A stretch of DNA of 64,000 nucleotides from Squalus acanthias (GCA_030390025.1 JASTWF010000351.1:434001-498000), one strand, 5' to 3'; shown: positions 38,130 through 51,590, counted from the stretch's first letter. Numbers and translations are program-made. Notes: generated by a model not told the origin, from the sequence alone.

Positions 38130-38872
38130 CTACTACCCCACCTGGTGGACTATTCTGGACAATTCTCACCCTTTGTGTGAGGTAGTTCCCACTGCCATCT
38201 GTTGTAAATTCTTTCTTCTGTAGTTCACATCAATGTTGCCTCTAATTTTTTTTAAGTGTGCAGACTCTTTAACTGGGTGCGCGGACCATTCACATTTTTA
38301 TTGAGTCTTTTGGATGTGAGTGTGAGTTTAATGCTTCATCTGTCAGTCTCAGGGATGTGAGTCTGGGATTTACTCTGTATCTGTTATTCCCTGGGATGTG
38401 AGTGTGGACCACCCGATTGGCACAGCCAAGGTTTATATCTCCCACTCCCATGGGACTATGTGTAAAGTTTCGGATCGCTTCCTGGAATGTTACACTGGGC
38501 TGTACACCATTGTTTTCAATCTATTGAAACCGAGTTGAGGGATTGTGTAGTTAACAGAATGTCACTGAGCCCAGATCCTGATGTATCTGAGGGAGCGACA
38601 ATGTATCTCTCGATTACCAGCAGCATGGTTCTGGAGAATTGAACGCACCCAAACAAAATAACCAATTTTTGAAATGTGTTCTTTCACAAGCCTCTCCAAT
38701 CTCTGAATTAATACATTCTGCCACTTCAATGCTGCTATCAGGACGTCTGCAGAAAACTTCCATTTCAGTTTTAAATCCTCTCTTGTCCTAAATTTTAATC
38801 ATGGAGTCTTCATTGATTGTTTTCCCTTATATCTTCTCTGACTAAGGCTGTAATAGTTTAATTATTCAATAA

Positions 38873-41800
38873 TAGAGGAATGGTGCAAGGGGGAGGGATT
38901 CAAATTCCTGGGACATTGGAACCGGTTCTGGGGGAGGTGGGACCAGTACAAACCGGACGGTCTGCACCTGGGCAGGGCCAGGACCGCTGTCCTAGGGGGA
39001 GTGTTTGCTAGTGCTGTTGGGGAGGATTTAAACTAATGTGGCAGGGGGTTGGGAACCTGAGCAGGGAGACAGAGGAAAGCCTGTCAGGAAGGGACAGAAG
39101 GTATGGAGTAAAAGGTAAAGTGTTAAATAAGGAAAAAGCAGGAAGTAAGTGTCGCAAAACACATTTGAAAGTTCTTTATCTGAATTCACGTAGCATTCGT
39201 AACAAAATTGACGAGTTAACGGCACAAATAACTATGTATGGGTATGATCTTGTGGCCATTACAGAAACATGGCTGCAGGGTGACAACGTCTGGGAATTAA
39301 ACATGACAGGGTATTTAACAATCAGGAAGGACAGGCAGGAAGGAAGGGGAGGGGGGGGGGTGGCTATGTTAATAAAGGAAGGAATCACTGTAATACAGAG
39401 AAATGATATTGAGTCAAAAGATCAGGATAATGAAACAGTTTGGGTAGAGATAAGGAATAATAAGGGGAAAAAAACACTGGTGGGCGTAGTATATAGGCCT
39501 CCTATTAGTTGCAACTCTGTTGGAAGAAGTATTAATCAGGAAATAGTTGGGGCATGTAATAAGGGAACAGCTATAATTATGGGGGATTTTAACTATCATA
39601 TTAACTGGACAAATTAAATTGGGCAGGGCAGCCTTGAGGAAGAGTTTATTGAGTGTCTTAGGGATGGATTTCTTGGGCAGTATGTAACTGATCCTACAAG
39701 GGGGCAAGCAACCTTGGACCTGGTACTGTGTAATGAGTCTGGATTAATTAATAATGTCCTAGTTAAGGATCCCCTTGGAATGAGTGACCATAACATGGTT
39801 GAATTCCATATCCAATTAGAGGGTGAGAAGTTTGGTTGTCAAACAAGCATACTGAGCTTGAATAAAGGAGACTATGATGGCATGAGAGCAGAATTGATTA
39901 AAGTGGACTGGGAAAATAGATTAAAGGGTAAGACGGTACATGAGCAGTGGTGTTCATTCAAGGAGTTATTTTACAACTTTCAAAATAAATATATTCCACT
40001 GAGGAAAAAAGGGTGTAAAAGAAATGTCAGCCATCCATGGCTAAGTAAAGAAATTAAAGAAAGTATCCAACTAAAAACAAGGACATATAAGGTAGCCAAA
40101 GTTAGTGGGAGGATAGAAGATTGGGAAGTCTTCAAAAGACAACAAAAAGTAACTAAAGGATTGATTAAGAAAGGGAAAATAGACTATGAAAATAAATTAG
40201 CAAAAAATATAAAAACAGATAGCAAGAGTTTCTATAGTTATATAAAAAGAAAAAGGGTGGTTAAGGCAAACATAGGTCCCTTAGAGGATGAGACCGGGAA
40301 ATTAATGGTGGGAAACATGGAAATGGCAAAAATGCTGAACAAATATTTTGTTTCAGTCTTTACGGTAGAGGACACTAAGAATATCCCAACACTGGACAAA
40401 CAGGGGGCTCTAGTGGGGGAGGAGCTAAATACGATTAAAATCACTAAGGAATTGGTACTCAGTAAAATAATGGGACTCAAGGCGGATAAATCCCCTGGAC
40501 CTGATGGCTTACATCCTAGGGTCTTGAGGGAAGTGGCAGTAGGAATTGTGGATGCTTTGGTAATAATTTTCCAAAACTCCCTGAACTCAGCAAAGGTCCC
40601 GGCAGATTGGAAAACTGCTAATGTAACACCCTTATTTAAAAAGGGTTGTAGGCAGAAGGCTGGAAATTATAGACCAGTTAGCCTAACATCTGTGGTGGGT
40701 AAAATTTTGGAGTCTATTATTAAGGAGACAGTAACGGAACATTTAGATAAACATAATTTAATAGGACAAAGTCAGCATGGTTTTACGAAGGGGAAGTCAT
40801 GTCTGACAAATTTGCTCGAGTTCTTTGAGGACATAACGTACAGGGTGGATAGAGGGGAACCAGTGGATGTAGTGTATTTAGACTTCCAGAAGGCATTCGA
40901 CAAGGTGCCACATAAAAGATTATTACTCAAGATAAAAAATCACTGGATTGGGGGTAATATTCTGGCATGGGTGGAGGATTGGTTATCTAACAGGAAGCAG
41001 AGAGTTGGGATAAATGGTTCATTCTCGGACTGGCAACCAGTAGCCAGTGGTGTTCCGCAGGGGTCGGTGCTGGGTCCCCAACTCTTTACAATCTATATTA
41101 ACGATTTAGAGGAGGGGACCGAGAGTAACATATCAAAGTTTGCAGATGATACAAAGATGGGAGGGAAAGTAGAGAGTGAGGAGGACATAAAAAACCTACA
41201 AGGGGATATAGACAGGCTGGGTGAGTGGGCAGAGATTTGGCAGATGCAATACAATATTGGAAAATGTGAGGTTATGCACTTTGGCAGGAAAAATCAGAGA
41301 GCAAGTTATTATCTTAATGGCGAGAAACTGGAAAGTACTGCAGTACAAACGGATCTGGGGGTCTTGGTGCAAGAAAATCAAAAAGTTAGTATGCAGGTGC
41401 AGCAGGTGATCAGAAAGCCAATGGAATGTTGGCTTTTATTGCTAGGAGGATAGAATATAAAAACAGGGAGGTATTGCTGCAGTTGTATAGGGTATTGGTG
41501 AGACCGCACCTGGAGTACTGCATACAGTTTTGGTGTCCATACTTAAGAAAAGACATACTTGCTCTCGAGGCAGTACAAAGAAGGTTCACTCGGTTAATTC
41601 CGGGGATGAGGGGGTGGACATACGAGGGGAGGTTGAGTAGATTGGGACTCTATTCATTGGAGTTCAGAAGAATGAGAGGCGATCTTATTGAAACATATAA
41701 AATTGTGAAGGGGCTTGATCGGGTGGACGCGGTGAGGATGTTCCCAATGATGGGTGAAACTAGAACTAGGGGACATAATCTTAGAATAAGGGGCTCCTCT

Positions 41801-42166
41801 TTCAAAACTGAGATGAGGAGAAACTTTTTCACTCAGAGGGTAGTGGGTCTGTGGAATTTGCTACCCCAGGAAGCTACTTCATTAAATAAATTTAAAACAG
41901 CAATAGACCGTTTCCTAGAAGTAAAGGGAATCAGGGGTTACGGGGAGCGGGCTGGAAATTGGACATGAGTTTGAGTTCGGATCGGTCAAGGCCCTGTGGG
42001 TGGCGGAGCGGGCCCAGGGGCCGAGTGGCCTGGTCCTGCTCCTACTTCTTGTGTTCTTTAGAGTTGAGGTTGGATCAGATCCGCCATGATCTCATTGAAT
42101 GGCGGAGCAGGCTCGAGGGGCCGATTGGTCTACTCCTGCTCCTATTTCTTATGTTCTTATGTTCTT
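38873..42166 (+). mobile_element. CR1 LINE, 5'-truncated in ORF1; ORF2 with one stop and one frameshift; duplicated 3' UTR
   Basis: ORF1 end EEWCKGEGFKFLGHW...AVGEDLN*; ORF2 pieces 39036-39617, 39714-41453 and 41426-41968. Flanks rejoin into the sequence at ~54570-54710. Confidence 0.97.
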
Positions 42167-42784
42167 ATAAGTGTAACCCTCCTGCTCTTCCTGTTGCCCT
42201 GTACTTTCTAAAGACATTCTAAGCTGGAATATTAAACACCCAATCATGACCAGCTTGCAGCCACATCTCTGTAACGACCACCATCCAATCTCAGCTGTAT
42301 TTGACCTTCTAAGTCACTCAATGTATTTCTAATTTTCCAGGCGTCAGTCTGTAAATCACTTCCTTGGGCAAGATACCCTCACCTGTCCTTCTCACAGTTT
42401 AATTTAACACTTTTCTTATGTGTCACTGCTCCTGTAACGACAGTAGTTATTTTAGTATCATCTTACCCTGGAGTATCCACAGCAATGTTTGGAACTTGAA
42501 CTCTGCACTTCTCCCTTTTTTGAGTTTTTGAACTACTATTTTTAAATTCCATTTTAAATCGAAGGGAGACGAACATGGAAGAAGGAAGTATTTTGTCAAT
42601 TGTAATGGGGACATTATTTTGTACCTTATAAAATCCTGATGCAAGGTCTCATAAAGCAGTACTGACCTGTACCACCACCGCCCACACGAGTCTCTTTTAT
42701 ATTTACGGACTATATCTTTCTTTTGGCTCCTAAGTGGGTCAAGTAAGATACATAGCAATCATTTTAATCAGAACGTTAGCGCCA

Positions 42785-44521
42785 TACATAGAAACATAGA
42801 AGATAGGAGCAGGAGTAGGCCATTCGGCCCCTCGAGCCTGCTCCGCCATTCGATGAGATCATGGCGGATCATCTAAACTCAGTACCCTGTACCTGCCTTC
42901 TCCCCATATCCCTTGATACCTTTAGCTTTAAGAAATATATCTAACTCATCCTTGAATATATTTAATGACTTCGCCTCAACTACCTTCTGTGGTAGAGAAT
43001 TCCACAGGTTCACCAGTCTCTGGGTGAAGAAATTCTTCCTCATTTCTGTCCTAAATGGTTTACCCGTTATCCGTAGATTATGACCCCTGGTTCTGGACTC
43101 TCCGACCATCGGGAACATTCTTCCTGCATCTAGTTTGTCCAGACCTGTCAGAATTTTATATGTTTCGATGAGATCCCCTCTCATTCTTCTATACTCCAGT
43201 GAGTATAAGCCCAATCGACCCAATCTCTCCTCATATGTCATTCCTGCCATCCCAGGTATCAGCCTTGTGAATCTTCGCTGAACTCCTTCCATGGCAAGAA
43301 CATCCTTCCTCAGATAAGGCGACCAAAACTGCACACAGTACTCAAGGTGTGGTCTCACCAAGGCCCTGTACAACTGCAGCAGGACATCCCTGTTCCTATA
43401 CTCAAACCCTTTCGCTATGAAGGCCAACATACCATTTGCCTTCTTCACCGCCTGCTGCACCTGCATGCTTACTTTCAGCGACTGGTGCACAAGGACACCC
43501 AGGTCTCGTTGCACTTCCCCTTCTCCCAATCTATTGCCATTCAGATAATAGTCTGCCTTTCTGTTTTTGACACCAAAGTGGATAACCTCGCACTTATCCA
43601 CGTTATATTGCATCTGCCACGCTTCTGCCCACTCACCCAACTTGTCCAGATCATCCTGGAGTTTCTCGCTATTCTCCTCGCTGCACACACTCCCACCCAG
43701 CTTTGTGTCATCTGCACACTTGGAGATATTACATTTAATTCCCTTATCTAGATCATTAATGTATATTGTGAATAGCTGGGGTCCAAGGACCGATCCCTGC
43801 GGTACCCCACTAGTCACTGCTTGCCACTCGGAAAAAGACCCATTAATTCCTACTCTCTGCTTTCTGTCCGCCAACCAGTTCTCTATCCAAGTCAATACCT
43901 TGCCCCCAATCCCATGTGCCTTAACTTTACCCGCTAATCTCTTATGCGGGACCTTATCGAAAGCCTTTTGAAAGTCCAAATACACCACATCTACTGGTTC
44001 TCCCTTATCTATTTTCCCAGTTACATCCTCAGAAAATTCCAGTAGATTAGTCAAGCACGATTTACCTTTTGTAAATCCATGTTGACTTTGTACGATCCTG
44101 TCACTGTTTTTCAAATGCTCAGCTATTACATCCTTTATAATGGACTCTAGCATTTTCCCCACTACCGATGTCAGGCTTACCGGTCTGTAATTCCCCGCTT
44201 TCTCTCTACCACCCTTTTTGAATAGTGGGGTAACATTAGCTACCCTCCAATCCATGGGTACAGTTCCAGATTCCATCGAATGTTGGAAGATGATCAGCAA
44301 TGCATCTACTACTTCTAGGGCCACTTCCTTAAGTACCCTAGGATGTAGATTATCAGGCCCTGGGGATTTATCGGCCTTCAATACCGTCAATTTCCCTAAC
44401 ACCATTTCCCTGCAAATACTGATTTCTTTCAGTTCCTCCCTTTCATCAGACCGTATGTTCTCCAACATCTCTGGGAGGTTATTTGTGTCCTCCTTTGTGA
44501 AGACAGAACCAAAATATGCAA
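42785..44521 (-). mobile_element. 5'-truncated CR1 with open RT frame
   Basis: ORF 42879-44564 is CR1 from AYFGSVF onward; FADD is changed to CADD; same subfamily as 14395-17865. Confidence 0.97.
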
Positions 44522-44966
44522 ATGGCCACTGTGAATAGTTACATCGCTTGGACTGAGCCCTCACCCCATTTATTATTTTAATAGGTTAAAAAATAATTAT
44601 CAACAAAAGTAAATTAAAAAATCAAGTTTATTGGAGAAGCAAATGGATGATGAATGTGTTTTGTAAATTTTAGAGAAATGGCATTTGCTGGAAGGAATTA
44701 AACTGCGATAGGGTGATCTAAACTGTATCAACAGGAGGCTGGTTGCAATGCCACGAATTTGAACCCGAATCCACTCACTAGGAAGTGTAGCTCGGCTCAT
44801 CACTGTTCCAACATCGCTCTAATTTTAATATGTAAGCCTCCGTATTTACAGACCACTCGCCAAAGGTCTTTGGAGCTTTAGTCAGGACGAATAAAACACT
44901 TTGCAATCTTCTTAATCTGAACATAAACAAGATGTTCAGATTTTTTCTCTCCAATTGAAAATAATG

Positions 44967-45058
44967 AGAAGTCGCACAACACCAGGTTATAGTCCAACAG
45001 TTTTATTTGAAATCACAAGCTTTCGGAGATGCTGCTCCTTCGTCAGGTGAAGTGAAGG
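44967..45058 (-). mobile_element. Solo Penelope pLTR fragment with hammerhead motif
   Basis: Minus strand TCAC-CTGACGA-A-GGAG-CAGCAT-CTCC-GAAA-GCT-T-GTGA (45013-45050); nearly identical to 13831-13921. Confidence 0.85.
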
Positions 45059-45099
45059 AATACGAATCGGCAAAGCAATTTAAAATAGTTACTGATGAA

Positions 45100-45340
45100 T
45101 GGTTATCTTGTTGCAGTACCGGCTGGCAGCCAGGAGATGGCACCAACCTCTGATAGTTTGGGATTGTGCGGATTGTGTCCACACATCCAGACAGCCGTGA
45201 GTCTGGAGCTGCCCGGGGAGTTGGCCAAGCACGCCGTGTTCGGAAGGGACAATGCCGGGGGCCATTGCAAATAAATTTCACAACGCACTGAAACAGCATT
45301 AATTTAGTCGAATAATTCATTCCGGCCATCGTCCTTTTAA
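45100..45340 (+). pseudogene. H2B: Inverted, divergent copy of the chimeric H2B fragment, lacking a stem-loop
   Basis: [18 protein letters not shown] at 45185-45238, preceded by the same non-histone leader (ttgttgcag...caggagatggcaccaacctct) and followed by the same downstream flank (ttcattccggc...cgtccttt). Confidence 0.8.
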
Positions 45341-45874
45341 AGAATCACAGAACATTAATGTGAGCGCGGGTTTTTTTCTGTATCTATTAGTTTCTGGTAT
45401 GTGAATGTGGGTTTTATTCTGTACCTGTCTATTTCTGGCATGGAAGAGTGGGTAAAATGCTATAGCTCTCAGTCTCTAGTATGGGTTTATTTTGTATTAC
45501 GAAGTCTCTGGTGTGTGAATGCGGTTTTTAGCTGTCATAGTGTCATGGAGTCATAACGGCACAGAAGGAGGCCATTCGGCCCATCGAGTGCGTGCCAGCT
45601 CTCTGAAGAGCAATCCGGTCAGTCCCATTCCCCCGTAATATCCCCGTAGCCCTGTAAGTTTATTTCCCTCAAGTGCATATCCAGTCACCCCTTGAAAACT
45701 TTCAGTGCCTCCGCTTTCACCACTTCCGTCAGCAGCGAGTTCCAGGTCCTCATCACTCGCTGCGTAAAAAAGTTTTTGGTCACACCCCCCCTGTATCTCT
45801 TGCCCAAAACATTAAATCTGTGTCCCCTAGTTCTTGTACCATCAAGTAGTGGGAACAGCCTTTCCCCGTCTAGC

Positions 45875-48800
45875 ATAGAAACATAGAAGATAGGAGCAGG
45901 AGTAGGCCATTCGGTCCCTCGAGCCTGCTCCGCTATTTAATGAGATCGTGTCTGATCATCCAAATTCAGTACCCTGTCCCTGCTTTCTCCCCATATCCCT
46001 TGATGCCTTTAGCCTTAAGAAATATATCTATCACCTTCTTGAATATATTTAATGAATTGGCCTCAACTGCCTTCTGTGGTAGATAATTCCACAGGTTCAC
46101 CACTCTCTGGGTGAAGAAATTCCTCCTCATCTCAGTCCTAAATGGCTTACCCCTTATCCTTAGACTGTGACCTTTGGTTCTGGACTCCCCCGCCATCGGG
46201 AGCATCCTTCCTGCATCTAGTCTGTCTAGTCCTGTTAGAATATTATAAGTTTCAATGAGATCCCCTCTCATTCTTCGAAACTCTAGCGAATATAAGTCTA
46301 ATCGTCCCAATCTCTCTTCATACGTCATTCCTTCCGTCGTAGGTATCAGTCTGGTAAATCTTCGCTGCACTCCCTCCATGGCACGAACATCCTTCCTCAG
46401 ATAAGGCGACCAAAACTGCACACAATACTCAATGTGTGGTCTCACCAAGGCACTGTACAACTGCAGAAAGACATCCTTGCTCCTTTACTTGAATCCTCTC
46501 GCTATGAAGGCCAACATACCATTTGCCTTCTTAACCGCCTGCTGCACCTGCATGCTTACCTTCAGCGACTGGTGCACAAGGACTCCCAGATCTCGTTGCA
46601 CTTCCCCTTTTCCCAATCTATTGCCGTTCAGATAATAAACTGTCTTCCTGTTTTTGCCACCAAAGTGGATAACCTCGCATTTATCCACATTATACTGCAT
46701 CTGCCATGCATCTGCCCAATCAACCAACCTGTCCAAATCATACTGGAGTTTCTCTGCATCTTCCTCACAGCACACACGCCCACCCAGCTTTGTGTCGTCT
46801 GCAAACTTAGAGATATTACATCTAGTTCCCTCGTCTAGATCATTAATATATATTGTGAATAGCTAGTGTCCTAGCACCGATCCCTGTGGTACCCCACGAG
46901 TCACTGCCTGCCACTCGGAAAAAGACTCGTTTATTCCAACTCTTTGCTTCCTGTCTGCCAACCAGATCTCTATCCAAATCAGTACCTCACCCCCAATCCC
47001 ATGTGCTTTAACTTTGCACGCTAATCTCTTATGCGGGAGCTTATCGAAAGCCTTCTGAAAATCCAAATACACCACATCCACTGTTTCTCCCTTATCTATT
47101 CTACCAGTTACATCCTCAAAAAATTCCAGTAGATTAGTCAGGCATGATTTCCCTTTTGTTAATCCATGTTGACGTTGTCTGATCCTGTCATTGTTTTCCA
47201 AGTGCTCTGCTATTACATCTTTTAGAATGGACTCAAGCATTTTGCCCACTACCGATGTTAGGCTTACCGGTCTATAATTCCCCGTTTTTTCTCTACCACC
47301 TTTTTTAAATAGTGGGGTTACATTAGCTACCTTCCAATCCATGGGAATTGTTCCAAAGTCTATAGAATTTTGAAAGATGACCAGCAATGCATCTACTATT
47401 TCTAGGGCCACTTCCTTAAGTACCCTAGGATATAGATTATCAGGCCCTGGGGATTTATCGGCCTTCAATCCCGTCAATTTCTCTAACACCATTTCCCTAC
47501 AAATGGTGATTTCATTCAATTCCTCCCTCTCATTAAACCCTATGTTCCCACATCTCTGAGTGCTTATTTGTGTCCTCCTTTTTGAAGACAGAACCAAAGT
47601 ATGTATTTAATTCATCAGGCATTTCTTTGTTCCCCATTATAAATTCCCCTGATTCTGACTGCAAGGGACCTACGCTTGACTTCACCAATCTTTTTCTCTT
47701 CACATATCTATAGAAGCTTTTACAGTCAGTTTTTATGTTCCCTGCAAACATAGAAACATAGAAAATAGGTACAGGAGTAGACCATTCGGTCCTTCGAGCC
47801 TGCACTGCCATTCAATGCGTTCATGGCTGAACATGCTACCTCAGTACCCCATTCCTGCTTTCTCGCCATACCCCTTGATCCCCCTAGTTGTGAGTGTTAT
47901 ATCTAACTCCCTTTTGAATATATTTAGCGAACTGGCCTCAACAACCTTCTGTGGAAGAGAATTCCATAGATTCACCACTCTCTGGGTGAAGAAGTTCCTC
48001 CTCAGCTCAGTCCTAAATGGCTTCCCCTTAATCCTTAGACTGTGACCCCTGGTTCTAGTTTTCCCTACCATTGGGAACATTCTGCCCGCATCTAATTTGT
48101 CTAAACCAGTCAGGATTTTAAATGTCTCTATAAGATCCCCCCTCATTCTTCTGAACTCCAGAGGATACAAGTTCAGTTGACCCAATCTTTCTTGATATGT
48201 CAGTCCGGCCATCCCAGGAATCAATCTAGTGAACCTTCGCTGCACTCCCTCAATAGCAAGAATGTCCTTCCTTAAGTTAGGAGACCAAAACTGCGCACAA
48301 TACTCCAGGTGTGGCCTCACCAAGGCCCTGTACAACTGCAGCATCACCTCCCTACTCCTGTACTCAAATCCCCTTACTATGAAGGCCATCATTCCGTTTG
48401 CTTTCTTGACTGCCTGCTGCACTTGCATTCCCACCTTCAATGACTGATGTACCATGATGCCCAGGTCTCGTTGCACCTCCCCTTTCCCTAATCTGCCACC
48501 ATTCAGGTAATAGTCCGCCTCTCTATTTTTACCACCAAAGTGGATAACCTCACATTTATCCACATTGTACTTCATCTGCCATACATTTGCCCATTCACCC
48601 AACCTGTCCAAGTCACTCTGTAGCCTCCTAGCATCCTCCTCATTGTTCACACTGCCTCCCAATTTAGTGTCATCTGCAAATCTGGAGATATTACATTTAA
48701 TCCCTTCGTCCAAATCATTAATATATAATGTAAACAGCTGGGGTCCCAGCACCGAACCCTGCGGTACCCCGCTGGTCACTGCCTGCCATTCTGAAAAGTA

Positions 48801-51590
48801 CCCATTTACTCCTACTCTTTGTTTCCTGTGTGCCAACCAGTTCTCAATCCACGTCAACACATTACCCCCAATCCCATGTGCTTTAACTTTGCTCACCAAT
48901 CTCTTGTGTGGAACCTTGTCGAAGGCCTTCTGAAAGTCCAAATACACCACATCTACTGGTTCCCCCCTGTCCACCCTATTCGAAACATCCTCAAAAAATT
49001 CCAGAAGATTTGTCAAGCATGATTTCCCTTTCACAAATCCATGCTGACTTGGACCTATCATGTCGCCACATTCCAAATGGTCTGTTATGACATCTTTAAT
49101 AATTGCTTCCATCATTTTACCCACAACCGATATCAGGCTGACCGGTCTATAATTCCCTGCTTTCTCCCTCCCTCCTTTTTTAAAAAGAGGGGTTACATTG
49201 GCCACCCTCCACTCCATCGGAACTGATCCAGAGTCTAAGGAATGTTGGAAAATGATCGTCAATGCATCCACTATTTCCAAGGCCACCTCCTTAAGTACTC
49301 TGGGATGCAGACCATCAGGCCCCGGGGATTTTTCAGCCTTCAGTCCCATCAATTTTCCCAATACCTTTGCCCGACTAATAAGGATTTCCCTCAGCTCCTC
49401 CCTCTTACCAGATCCTCTGACCCCTTTTATTTCCGGCAGGTTGTGTGTGTCCTCCACAGTAAACACCGAACCAAAGTACTTGTTCAATTGATCTGCCATT
49501 TCCTTGTTCCCCATTACGACTTCCCCTGTTTCCGACTGCAGGGGACCTACGTTTGTTTTTACTAACCTCTTTCTTTTTACATATTTATAGAAGCTTTTGC
49601 TGTCCATTTTAATGTTCTCTGCAAGCTTCCTTTCATATTTTATTTTCCCTGCCCTAATCAAATCCTCCTCTGCTGAGTTTTGAAGTTCTCCCAGTCCCCG
49701 GGTTTGCTGCTACTTCTGGCCAATTTGTATGCAACTTCCTTGGTTTTAATACTATCCCTGATTTCCCTTGTTAGCCATGGTTGAGCCACCTTCCCTTTTT
49801 TATTTTTACGCCAGACCGGGATGTACAATTGTTGTAGTTCATCCATGCGATCTCTAAATGTCTGCCATTGCCCTTCCACTGATAGCCCCTTAAATATCGT
49901 TTGCCAATTTAACCTCGCCAATTCACGCCTCATACCCTCAAAGTTGCCCTTATTTAAGTTCTGGACCATGGTCTCTGAATTAACTGTTTCCTTCTCTATC
50001 CTAATGTAGAACTCCACCATACTATGGTCACTCTTCCCCAGGGGGCCTCGTACCACAAGATTGCTGATTAGTCCTTCCTCATTACACAACACCCAGTCCA
50101 GGATGGCCTCCCCTCGAGTTGGTTCCTCAACATATTGGTTTAGGAAACCATCCCTTAAACACTCCAGGAAATCCTCCTCCACTGTATTGCTTCCAGTTTG
50201 AGTAAAGTCACCCATGATAACTGCCGTGCCTTTTTTGCACGCACCTCTGATTTCCTGTTTCATACCCTCCCCCACCTCACTACTGCTGTTTGGAGGTCTG
50301 TACACAACTCCCACTAACGTTTTCTGCCCTTTGGTGTTCTGCAGCTCAACCCATATTGATTCCACATCCTCCAAGCTGATGTCCTTCCTAGCTATTGCAT
50401 TAATCGCCTCTTTAACCAGCAATGTTACCCCACCCCCTTTTCCTTTTATTCTATCCTTTCTGAATGTTGAATACCCCTGGATGTTCAGTTCCCAGCCTTG
50501 ATTGTTCTGGAGCCACGTCTCTGTAATCCCAATCACATCGTATCCGTTAACATCTATTTGCACAGTCAATTCATCCACCTTATTACGGATACTCCTTGCA
50601 TTAAGACACAGAGCCTTTAGGCTTGTTTTATTAACATCCTTTGTCCTTTTAGACTTATGATTTAGTATGGCCCTTTGTGTTTCTTGCCTTTGTTTACTCG
50701 GCCTTCCCCTATTGTTTCTCACCCTTCTAACATTTGTTTCTGACTGCATATTACTTCCCCCTGTTTCGCTACATAGGTTCCCATTCCCCTGCCATATTAG
50801 TTTAAATCTTCCCGAACTGCTTTAGCAAATATTACCCCAAGGACATCGGTTCCAGTCCTGCCCAAGTGCAGACCGTCCCTTTTGTACAGGTCCCACTTGC
50901 CCCAGAACTCATATTCTATTTCCCCCCTCTTAATTAATCCCTTTGTCCTCCTTTGCTGAATCCTAAACTGCTCCCAATCCTCAGGTTTGCTGCTTTTTCT
51001 GGCCAATTTATATGTCCTCTCCTCGGATCTTATGCAATCCCTAATTTCCCTTGTTAGACATGGTTGAGTCACCTTTTTCGTTTTATTTTTATGCCAAACA
51101 GGGATGAACAAATTCTGTAGTTCATCCATGCGATCTTTAAATGTTTGCCATTGCATATCCACCATCAACCCATTAAGTAACGCTCCCCAATCCACCCTAG
51201 CCAACTCGCGCCTCATACCATCGTAGTTTCCTTTATTTAAATTCAGGCCCTAGTCTCTGAGTCAATTACTTCACTCTCCATCTTAATGAAGAATTCTATC
51301 ATATTATGATCGCTCCTCCCCAAGGGGACTCGCACAACAAGATTGCTAATTAATCCTTTCTCATTACATAATACCCAGTCTAAGATGGCCTGATCTCTAG
51401 TTGGTTCCTCGACATATTCGTTCAGGAAACCATCCCGTATACACTCTAGGAATTCCTCCTCCACAGTATTGTTACTAATTTGGTTAGCCCAATCTATATG
51501 TAGATTAAAGTCACCCATGATAACTGCTGTGCCCTTATTGCACGCATCTCTAATTTCCCGTTTAATGCCATCCCAACCTCAGCATTACTA
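45875..51590 (-). mobile_element. CR1 (45875-47747 plus 50908-51590), middle layer of the nest, disrupted ORF2
   Basis: ...KRGEIEYE (50908) resumes as AGNIKTDCKSF (~47745); same subfamily as 25746-26857. Confidence 0.92.
47748..50907 (-). mobile_element. CR1, innermost layer: ORF1 end, ORF2 with small deletions, 3' UTR
   Basis: FWGKWDLYKRDGLHL...REDLN* ORF1 end; ORFs 49658-50749 and 47841-49661; (tatgtttc) tail at ~47748-47765. Confidence 0.96.

Noticed and set aside
50797..51216. 139-aa ORF joining ORF2-like and ORF1-like sequence
   Set aside because: Chance in-frame read-through across a nested insertion junction at ~50907, not a gene.
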